In this document: positions 33,601-43,160 of the stretch, in pieces
Numbering within the stretch: the first letter of the stretch is position 1
How the letters are laid out: each line of letters opens with the position of its first letter
NCBI GenBank assembly: GCA_008632985.1
Contig: QPGO01000096.1
Location: 248,001 to 295,695, forward strand
From: Psammoneis japonica
Lineage: Eukaryota
Direction: 5' to 3'
DNA length: 47,695 nucleotides
Notes under the pieces: model-generated
The model's database searches: none
What the model was told of the DNA's origin: nothing
Seen by the model: only the letters and a program-made list of their open reading frames with translations
Program-made: the position numbers and the translations under genes

Positions 33601-36067
33601 TGACTCTGCTCTTGTTGTGTGTGATCTGGTGCAGCCTTCTCTGTTTGCAATCCTCCAATGTGCGGAAGTGCTCTTGGCTGCACACGTGCCCTCTCAGCAA
33701 GAAGTTCAGGATTGTCAATGACAGCTGCAATGACATTTTGCTCATCATCCTGGTCACTGGCCAGGTTGGTTGTCCAATGCCAACAAAGCTGCTGCAAAAC
33801 CTGGCTTCTTCTTTTTTCTTTGTCATTTCTGCCTTTAATTTGCAAATGTGAGAGTTGCCAGGCTCCTGGGCAAGGGAGACAAGATGCCTTTCTGATGCAG
33901 AGCTGCACTTTTTTTTTCAGCAGAAAAATTGCCACTCTGCTTTTGCTCCACTCTCTTGTTCTTGCAACACTTTGTTGCAGCTCCTGCTCACACTGTGATC
34001 TGACAGTCACTGCTGCTGCTGCTGCTGTTTCAGTTTGTTGCCAAGCTTTTTTCTCTCACTTTTTTCTCTTGTTGGGGGTGCAAAAAGACCAGGCAATTCT
34101 GTGAAACATCCACATGATTTGATTTGTTTAACTTCAACCAGCACTGGATTGGGCGGATGGCCAACTGGCATGCCCATCAATGACAAGCACTCGGTTTCCA
34201 TCTCTGCACACAACACACAGGTGCAAGCAAGGACAGCCACAACAAGCCACCCAAGCATGGATTTGGAACAAGCTCAACAAGCTGATTTTGAGCATGTTTG
34301 CAAATGGCTCATCTCTCTGACCCCCACATTCTTTGCTTGCCATGGTGCTTCTCCACAATGTTGTTGAAGCACTCGCTCACCACAAGGGCACTGTGGAACC
34401 ATGACAACATAGAAAATGAAATGATTTCGTGAGTGTGTCAACTTTTGCTTTGCAGAGGATGCCAAAATCACTCCAAACAAGAGGCAAAAAGCAACAAGAG
34501 CACAAGAGAATGAAGCACAGCTGCGCACATTCCACTGCACTCCACTGTCAAGGCTCAAACAGGAAAGGCCAAGGCCTTTGCAGCTTCTTTTCAGGTGGGT
34601 CTGCATGGCAAGGATCCAACGTTGAAGTGCTGTCAAGTGATGCTGGGCTGAGACCAGAGTTCAGTGACTTCAATGAATTGCCCAATGACTGCAAAGCTCT
34701 GCCACTCTCTGAAAAGCAAGAATGAGGGCACAATTGAGGAGCGTGCAAATTTTTTGTGCAAGCTGCACGGCTTTTCTTGTGATCAGAGAGTGTGGTTTGA
34801 GGCAGATCACAAGGAGGCAATTGAGGATGCATTGCTGACATGTTGTGCTGGCCTGGAGGAGAAAGCATGTCAGGAAGAAAGCCTTTCTTGCAGATGTCAA
34901 AGGGTGTGACCCAGCTGTTGAGGCTGTGGAGGAGCATGCTGTTGCAGCTCAAGATGGAGTTGCTGTTGAGGACACATGGGTCCAGGAATTTGGCAAAGAT
35001 TGCAGCTCTGCCATGGTTGCCAAAATTTTGAGTTGGCTCAGTTTTTCCCAAGGTTGTTGTTTTGCCAGAGTGCAAACACAAATTTCAAAACATGGGGCAG
35101 TGCTGCATCCATGGAACATTGGAGCATTTCCCTTGCACTTGGCACCCAACTTTGCAAGCTCACCATGAACTTTGGAAAAAATGCACAATTGTGAAAAACA
35201 GAAGGTGCTGCCCCCCCCCCCCCCCCCAAGTGCACCAGCTGTTGATGCAGCTGGCTCTGACCCCATGCCATTGTGAGTGCTTCTTGCTGCTGATCTGCCC
35301 CCAGCAGCAGCTGACAGCTCACATCTGCCTCCAAGCTCAGCCAAAAATGCCTTGGATTTTTTTTCTCAGCACACCCGCCACACACACAAGCTCCTGTTTT
35401 TCTGCAACAGCTGCTGTGAGAGAGTCTTGAACCACTTTTCCTCCAGCCACACATGCACCCTTTTTTCTGCAGTGCCTTTTGTTGGCAGCATTTTTTTTGT
35501 TGAGTTTGGGCTCTTTTTGCTTGTTGTTTTTTGGCACTTGCAACTTGTTCTCTGCCAGAGGTGCTGGCAGGAGGCTGCCAGTGAGGTGCGCACATTGCTG
35601 GCAGCCAGCCATGTGGAGCTGAAGTGAAGGTTGTGCACAGGATCAAAACACAACTGCGAGACCCTGCAGCCATTGTGAGACCAAATGAAGTGCAGCCGCA
35701 AGCGCTGCAGGCCTTTGCCAGCGATTTGCTCAAAAGGAGTGGCTGGCTGCGGTGCTCCCTCTCACATCTTTTGCTTTCTTTCTTGTTTTGTTGCCTTGTC
35801 CATCTGGAATGGCACAGTCAACATTTGGCTGGACATTGTCATGATCTGGCAAGCTGTCATGGCCATTGTCACCCTGCTCAAGACAGAAGGGCCTGAAAAA
35901 GACCCAATTGCTGCTTCTGCGCGGCAGCTGAAACGCGTTAACGGGTCATGACGAGACACACACAATTCCACCAAAAGATATGCCCCTCTGTTTTTTCCGT
36001 TGACTTTCTTCAATGGTCATTCGATCAGAGTCATAAGTCTGATTCAACGGAAGGTGCCAAATAAAGG

Positions 36068-37305
36068 ATGCGGTTGTTGGTCATTGCAATCTCGGTCATC
36101 ATCCTCTCAGCTTTTTATCATCAAGCCCCAATGGTCAGGGCCTCACAAATCCGAAAAGGCCACCGTTCCTTCCCCTTGGCGTCGTTTTGCAGCCTCAGTA
36201 TAGCCAACTGCCACTATGAGGAATGCTTTTACTACCTTCCTGATTGCATCGTTCAATCTTTCCACTGTGACGGCGACGCCGGCTCCGACAATTACGCCTG
36301 CTGAAACGCCGGCTCCAGCGCCTAAGGTGAGTTGAACCGCCAACTCTAAATGCTGATAGAGACGGCAAGCATGGCATGGATTGACCTTTGCTGCTGTTTT
36401 CGGATATACAGGCATCCGCCAGTAGTTGCGATGTTGTCCTGGAGGACTTTTGTTTTAAAACTGACGAGGGTGTGTACCACACAGTTGGCGTTCCTTCTCA
36501 TACACTCAGGCCCCTCAAAGAGCTTAGTACATGTGGAGGTGGCGTTGAAGGAAGATGTGATGACGATGAACTGTGCAGTGAGTTGTGTGGTTATTGCCAT
36601 GACTATGTGGCAGAAAATGGTATGTGCCAGTGTAAGGCCAAACTCTTGAGTCAAGACAAGATTATGAAGAAGGTGTACCAGGACCTTGGTGTGCCAATGA
36701 AAAAGAGCAATCCATGCGGACCAAGGTGGCATGGAGTTACGTGCAATGAAGAAGTGGAGGAAACTGAAGTATTGAAAATTGATTTGAATAGTAAGTGGCC
36801 TATCTGTTAGTGCCACGTGGCTCTACCTCTTAAGTGGAAACTAACACCCACTTGCCAAACTTTGTGAACAGATTTCGGTGCCAAAGACATGATGAAGATT
36901 GATGCGGCCATTCCACCGGAATTGGGCTGCATTGCCACGTTGGAGTATTTAGATTTGGGTGAGTTCATCGAATTTAGGCAGTTGCATTGAGTCCATAAAC
37001 GTGGCAAAGTGAATCTCATCTTTTGATCAAATCTTTCTCTAACTTTCTGATGAAGGCTTCAATAAGCTGAAGGGACCTATTCCTGCAACACTCGGCAAAC
37101 TGGATAACTTGCAGGGTCTTATTTTTCGTAAGTTGGGCTATTCTTCGCCTCTGATTCGGTTTGGCGATTTCTGTATGTTTTCTCACACTCTCCGTCGGTA
37201 ATAATCGTGTTCGTAGACTACAACGCGCTGGAAGGCGTGATCCCGAAAGAGGTATGCCAAAAAACTCCAACTATTGTTGCCGACGAGGCCAACAAATGCG
37301 ACTAG
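36068..37305 (+). CDS. Secreted multi-exon leucine-rich-repeat protein (plant-type LRRs); exact exon structure and stop uncertain
   Basis: Signal peptide, LRRNT-like CGPRWHGVTC, then IPPELGCIATLEYLDL, FNKLKGPIPATLGKLDNLQGL and YNALEGVIPKEVC, separated by GTAAG/GTGAG introns. Confidence 0.7.
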
Positions 37306-37549
37306 AGCCGATTATGACGGACGCGTCAATGACGAATCCCATCTGCAATGTTGTAGCTTAGTAGAGAAGAGTATAATAGCGAAGCGCAAAAGAGAGGGAC
37401 TGGGCAGAGTTCGTGATATGTTAAACTTAGTAGCCCCAAAGGTACCCAGCAAATCTACTATCTAGATCAAATTCATCCCTCACCATTCGTGAGCGAGCAA
37501 AGCTACAGAAGAAATATCCCGAAACGCGTCATTTCATCTGTTCATGGTC

Positions 37550-39096
37550 TCACGAACCCTTGTTTTCCTTTCCTTTCTCTTCCTCTTCTTTACGAGCTTT
37601 CAGAACACGCTGCTGCTCTTCTACTTCTGCAGCTTTGGAGTTTGCGTATTGGTCGTGTTTATGCCATTTCTCCCCGTGTAACTTCTTGTACAAGACAGCC
37701 CTTGCTCCCTTGTCCCAATCGCTGTTGAGCATACCATAAACAAGAGAATCGCTATTACTCTCCTTGATGACTTTATGCTTGGGAATAAGTCCCTCCTGGG
37801 TAAATCCGAGCCGTCCCGGTAGTTTCTTACTCTTGACATCTTGTGAGTCCACAAGGAGCTGTATACGACGATAACCCAACGCAAAGAGACGATCCAACAA
37901 GAGGAAACAAGCTTCCATTTCTTCTGCGGTTCCCGTTGAGGTGGGTTTGCAAATAGGAACTTGCATTTCGATATTCAGATTGCGGGGATCATCTCCTGTC
38001 AACGACATAACACCAATCAGACGATCCGTCATCATTTCGCAAATGGCAAAGGAAGCCATGTTTTCTTGCTTTCGTTCAAAGATTTCGGATGCTGCCATTT
38101 GTTCTGGAGATTCAAAGGGTCCGCAGTCCAGGAAGGCCCAAACTTCATTCGGGTTGTAAGATTTATCTTCCATGTGTGACTGACCACTGGTGATGTCGTA
38201 AAGTGATTGCAAGTGACGAGATTTGTCCAAGAGTTCCAATCGTACCGTCCGTCCAATAATATCTTGGGGACGCTTCGAGTAGTGGTCAGTATACTTCTTT
38301 TCGGTTGCGTGTGTGGCACAGGCCATGCGTTCATACATTCGTGCATAGGACCGACGATAGTTTGTAGTGGTCCAAGATCCGCAACCAGCATATGCCCGAG
38401 CAAAAGCTTCAAATCTGGCTTCTGGCAATCCACCCAGGGGTCCGCCTGTGACATGATCGGACAAGCGTAAGGCAGCGGGTACGGTAAGGTACCACGAGAT
38501 TCACCATTAAGACTTATTCAGCTTTGTGAACATGTACCACTACTTACCCCCCGGTTTATCCTGGCACAGTCGATAGCCTACGATAAAGTTCTCTTCGAAA
38601 TCACTCAATGTTTTCTTGTTGTCTTTCTTGGAAGACTCTTCACTCACCAAGTTCGAAACCGTGGTGGCGTTGGGTTGTTTGTTGAGCAGATTACGTTCCA
38701 ACGTGGTTGTGACCGACCCATCTGTTTTCTCTTCTGTGTAGGATTTCATAAGTCGCTCTCGAGCAAGTAAAAGTCGCTCGAGTAGCAGCGGGCGTTCCGC
38801 ACGAGCTTCAGTAGCGGCAGGTAACGTAGCGGCCCCCGTTCTTGCTTGCTCGGCCATTCGTTCAAACGAGCCTCCTTTGACCAGTAGCACGAGCACAGCC
38901 GAGACTGTACAGGTAAACACAATACACCCAAACAGGATCCCATATCGTTGAGCTGTTGGTAGCTACGGCAATGCAATTTGTTACAACAAACGAGCTATGA
39001 GAAAGGTTCAACACTATCACCAAGCACGAAATTCCAATTCAACAAATCACAAAGTGTAACGTCTTACGTTGGCGAGGCCAAAAGCTTCCAAAACAT
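37550..39096 (-). CDS. GNAT acetyltransferase (RimJ/RimL-like) with N-terminal TM segment; multi-exon, 5' structure approximate
   Basis: LLLDRLFALGYRRIQ...SKKLPGRLGFTQEG...DSLVYGMLNSDW. An upstream exon encodes YGILFGCIVFTCTVSAVLVLLV, with GTAAG donors nearby. Confidence 0.75.
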
Positions 39097-39459
39097 GATC
39101 GACTGATGAAAACGAAGAGGTTAGCTGTGAGAAGGCAAGAGTTAGCTTCTCAAAGTCGGACGGTTCATCAGGGTTCGCCGCCATGGTGTTTGTTGGATGT
39201 GCGGCGGCGAGAAAAAATGAGATCATTTTGTGTCAGTTTGACTGTAAGTGTGAGAAAAAGGTGCTCGAATGAACTTGAAAGGTTGCATGGTTCCTTGTCT
39301 GACTTTCGCGCAAGTCCCGCCTCGCGCGCGATGACATCGCGCGGAATCTTCGATCTTATTCGCGGATCGAGCGTTTTGAGTCACGAACAGCTAAGGCACA
39401 CAGCACACTCAACAAAGAGCGCAAGAGAAACAGAGAAAGACACACCAGCCTCTTCCACC

Positions 39460-40633
39460 ATGAAGAACTTCTTCAACAGCAGCAACAAGGGCAAGGCTCC
39501 GACCTTTAAGAACCCCTTTCAGCCACCAAAGAAGAAATTTGGGGGTGGGGGTCAGAGCTTGGGCGGTACAAAGCCCGGTAAAGTCCTTACAATTATTCTA
39601 TCCAACCCTGGGGCGCTTGGTGTGAAGGTTGAGAAGCGGCCCAACGATAGTACCGCAATTATTGCCATGGTGGTTCCGGGAAGCCAAGCTGAAGAAGCAG
39701 GACTAAAGCGGGGAGATGTCGTGTGTTACACCGAAAGCAATGGGCAGGACGAAATTTCATACGATGACTTTTTGAAATTTGCTGCATCGTCCCAGCGTCC
39801 CATGGTGTTTGATGTAAGGCGCATCGAAACAAAACATTCCAATCCAAACAGCAATAAGAATCAATCTGCTGAATCAGAAGCACGTAAGCGCGCCGTGATT
39901 GCTGCGGCAGAGAAGAGAAACAGAGAGCATAAGGCCAAGTCTAAGCCCATTCCCAAGACGATCAAGAAGAAAGAAACGCCGGCTCCCAGCACGCAGCCAG
40001 CATCGAACGAGCCCATGTCGTTAGAGGCGAAGCAAGCTATCGCAGCAGCAAAAAATCAAGAAGAAGTACTGGCGAACCAGTTGGGATACAATCCGTACGA
40101 GACAAACAAAGCGTCCGCAGGCCAAGTTAGAACTGCAACAGTTGCCATGACGCACGGGAACATTCAATCAAACCCAAACAACTCCACGAGTAATACTGCT
40201 ACTGCTGGTAACATCAGTGAGTACCAAATGTCGCAACGCCATCTTCATTAGCTCAACCAATTGATGATACTGTTCCACCCGTGAGTGATGCCTTTCAAGA
40301 CGCCTTTACCCAACTAGTGACTACCAACAATGATACCAACGGCGTCATGTCGTCGCTGCAAATTATGCAGAAACTCATTGTGAATGCCACAACCAAGGGA
40401 CAAGGATCAGAAGAGAATGCCAAGTTTCGACGTGTCCGTTTAGGTAACGCAAAAATTCAACAAGCAATTACGGATATAAACGGAGCGCTGGAACTCATGC
40501 TCGCGGTGGGATTTCAGCTTTGGAGGAGAGCGGCGAAACCCATTTGGTTTATCCGTTTCCCTCCACTGGACCACTGTGGCTGCCAAGAGCACTCGAGACC
40601 ATGCAACAGTACCAGGAATCACATGAAAAGTAG
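39460..40633 (+). CDS. PDZ + PUB domain protein; apparent frameshifts near 40230 and 40520
   Basis: PDZ: GALGVKVE...VVPGSQAEEAGLKRGDVV. PUB: LQIMQKLIVNA...AKFRRVRLGNAKIQQAITDINGALELMLAVGF. The shifted frame ends ...QQYQESHEK* at 40633. Confidence 0.78.
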
Positions 40634-41066
40634 GTACAGTAGACTGGTTAGATGCGGCTTGTTGTAGGCAGGTAGCACTTTTACGACAATAGAAGAGTGC
40701 CGCATAGAACTATAGAGGCGGAAGTAGCTGCTACTAATGTCATTCCAACCTCTATCTATTCCACTGTCGCAACCGACCTTGATTTATCCGTTCTGCGTGT
40801 TTGTAGTCTTATCCGTTTCCCTCCACTGGACCACTGTGGCTGCCAAGAGCACGCGAGACCATCACACCACAGGTAGATAGACTGACTAGATGCGGCTTGT
40901 TGTACGCAGGTAGCACTTTTAGGACGCAATAGAAGATTGCTGAATAGAACTAGAGAGGCGGAAGTAGCTGCTACTTACTTGGTGGTAGGCATGTCATTCC
41001 GGCTTCTTTGTTCTCTTCCACTGTAACAATCGATCTTGATTTATCCGTTCTGCATGTTTGTATAGT
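40549..41066. repeat. ~260-bp diverged tandem duplication covering the 3' ends of two convergent genes
   Basis: TTATCCGTTTCCCTCCACTGGACCACTGTGGCTGCCAAGAGCAC at 40549 and 40809. GAGGCGGAAGTAGCTGCTACT and ATGTCATTCC...CTTGATTTATCCGTTCTGC occur in both copies. Confidence 0.92.
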
Positions 41067-42898
41067 TCTAGCTCATATCGACTGTGCTCTTCGAGCAAAG
41101 CTAGGAGCTCGGGAGCGGTATTGCGCAGCACGTTTTGGTAGCCCTGGTACCTTTCTTCTGAATCGTCTCGTTGGACAATCACATTCGCCCTTACCTTAGA
41201 CAAGGAAGCAAAAGATTCGGGTACTCTCATAATGTCCGCCACGTAGGCCGCCTGTTCTTGAGTCGAAAAGGTTTCCGAAAGCAACACCACATCGAACGAC
41301 TCCAACACCGACATTGCTCGTTTGAGCGTCGCTTGGCTCAAATGGTGATATGCCCTTGTGCCGCCACCAAACCTACCACCGTATTGGCACGGCCCATGGC
41401 ACCTCTGGCATGTTTGACACTGTTTAAGCTTCTTACGCCGTACACAGTGATGCTGTGCTTCTCTGTAGTCGGGTAGTGCGCTTGTTTCTCCAGTGAGAGC
41501 GCGAAGTTGAAAGTTATCTACAAATTGACCACCGAGAGCACCATTCTCTCTGTGTTTATGCATTCCGTCGTCTATCCATGCCGGTAGTTCCTCTCGAAGA
41601 AAGTTAGCAAATTCCACAGTATACTTTTTTGTTTCGACCCAGTCGTAAATGGTCTTGTTCCTTCCTGGGCCAGAGTAGAAGAATTCAGAAAGATGACGTT
41701 CAATGGGATGACGAACACCAACAACGCTTATTGCGTCATTCCACCGCATATCGATTTGGGGGCAGCGCCAATCCATTGCATAAAACTCCTGTTCATAAAT
41801 TGAAATGTTTTCTTTTGGATGAATCGCCTGATGGTACAGCACAACATTGTCCAGATACTTTCGTATCGAAGTGCCTCCCGCCTTGCGCATGTGCTTGAAG
41901 AATACATACACGTTGCGTTGTTTGTTCCACAATCGTTCATCCCACAAACTAGTGTTTGATGGCTTCAATCGAGAGCTACTATTTTGAGCCTCTTTGAAAA
42001 GCCCTTGACGTGCAGAATTATTCATCAAATCTGGAGCGATTGGAGGCGTGCTATTGGCGGTAGTATCGGAAAGCCGCTGCAAACATGATTCATTGATACC
42101 AAAAAGATCAGCAAGGTACGTTCCTGCCTTTTTATCTCCTAAGTCTAGCTCCACCAATGCATGTGAAGGATGCTTCGAAACAAAGTTGCGTACGCGTTTC
42201 ACTTGGTTGCAGATGAATCCAGCCACATCCTCATGTCTGCTTGAAATGTTGAAGCAACTGGAAACTCGATTGCTCAGTGAATCCCAGTTCTTTACGGCAT
42301 ATCTCCAATCATGAGCGTTCCGAATATCAAGAAGAAACGTGGCATTCGGATGCTCATTATGAATTTGCTCCAAGAACTGAATCTGAGGCCAAACGCACAA
42401 TCCTTTTGTTGGATGCGTTATCTCAACCTGGAGGTATGCGCCGTAGTTGCCGCATGATCCAAGTGGACCGTCGCCACGTGCAACGGCATCACGTATACAA
42501 ACACCGCACCACCTCGATCCTTTTTCAGAAGACGAATCAAAGCACGTGTGATGGCTTACGTTGAAGCGGTTGCCGCATTTGAAGAGATCTGCGATAGTAG
42601 ATGCGGCAGACGTACTAGGAAATCCAAGATTCACAATAGGAGTGGGGAGTGGTAGCAAGACAGTCCCTCCGTCTGAGTCTCTTGGTGTAAAGCATGACAA
42701 CGTGCTTGGGATATCGCTTTTTGCGCTCGAGGAATCAACGAGAGTTGCGTTGTGAGAAACATCTTCAGAGAACCAATGAGTGATGGTTGCCATAGATTTT
42801 CGTCCATCATCTTTTAGAGCAAACAGTGTGAGTATGACGTACACTACGACGGAGTAGATTGCCACGCAGCTTGCCATCCATTGATGTGTGCGACGCAT
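40994..42898 (-). CDS. Type-II membrane sulfotransferase-family protein with two sulfotransferase-like modules
   Basis: N-terminal TM helix. The C-terminal module has 5'-PSB FFKHMRKAGGTS and 3'-PB RHPIERHLS. The N-terminal module has a degenerate PIVNLGFPSTSAAST loop. Confidence 0.75.
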   Translation of the reverse strand: MRRTHQWMASCVAIYSVVVYVILTLFALKDDGRKSMATITHWFSEDVSHNATLVDSSSAKSDIPSTLSCFTPRDSDGGTVLLPLPTPIVNLGFPSTSAASTIADLFKCGNRFNVSHHTCFDSSSEKGSRWCGVCIRDAVARGDGPLGSCGNYGAYLQVEITHPTKGLCVWPQIQFLEQIHNEHPNATFLLDIRNAHDWRYAVKNWDSLSNRVSSCFNISSRHEDVAGFICNQVKRVRNFVSKHPSHALVELDLGDKKAGTYLADLFGINESCLQRLSDTTANSTPPIAPDLMNNSARQGLFKEAQNSSSRLKPSNTSLWDERLWNKQRNVYVFFKHMRKAGGTSIRKYLDNVVLYHQAIHPKENISIYEQEFYAMDWRCPQIDMRWNDAISVVGVRHPIERHLSEFFYSGPGRNKTIYDWVETKKYTVEFANFLREELPAWIDDGMHKHRENGALGGQFVDNFQLRALTGETSALPDYREAQHHCVRRKKLKQCQTCQRCHGPCQYGGRFGGGTRAYHHLSQATLKRAMSVLESFDVVLLSETFSTQEQAAYVADIMRVPESFASLSKVRANVIVQRDDSEERYQGYQNVLRNTAPELLALLEEHSRYELELYKHAERINQDRLLQWKRTKKPE

Positions 42899-43160
42899 GT
42901 TTGGAGAATAAGTCCTAGCTAGTAAGGTGTATTGACTTTAGCCATCTTGATGAAACTGTGTGGGGTGGGATGCACCCGCCGCGCATCCCGTGGTTCGCGC
43001 TATTGCCTCCTTCTTGCTGAGAGAACAAATTACTCACAGTCCTCCGTCACAACTAGAAGTAATGAAAAGACATAAAGGGAAAGCGTTCTCCGCCTGAAAG
43101 CAACTAGTTTACCTCAGCGTAGATCTATGAAGTTCCATGCAAAATTACTAAAACTAGAAA

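Larger units (their letters stand above)
28250..35940. mobile_element. TpA-depleted island of decayed transposon, repeat and pseudogene fragments
   Basis: Near-total TA loss, TG/CA excess, many spurious Cys/His-rich and Tyr-poor ORFs, a transposase relic, tandem repeats and poly-C tracts. Confidence 0.8.

Noticed and set aside
28300..35940. Dozens of overlapping 60-230 aa Cys/His/Gln-rich ORFs that could be read as metal-binding proteins or overlapping genes
   Set aside because: Loss of TA removes TAA/TAG stops and Tyr codons on both strands, which produces spurious long ORFs. The same applies to 45342-47644.
28250..35940. Classical fungal RIP, or CpG deamination alone, as the explanation
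   Set aside because: RIP enriches TpA and depletes CpA/TpG, the opposite of what is seen. CpG decay does not remove TA, and TA-free stretches with abundant CG exist.
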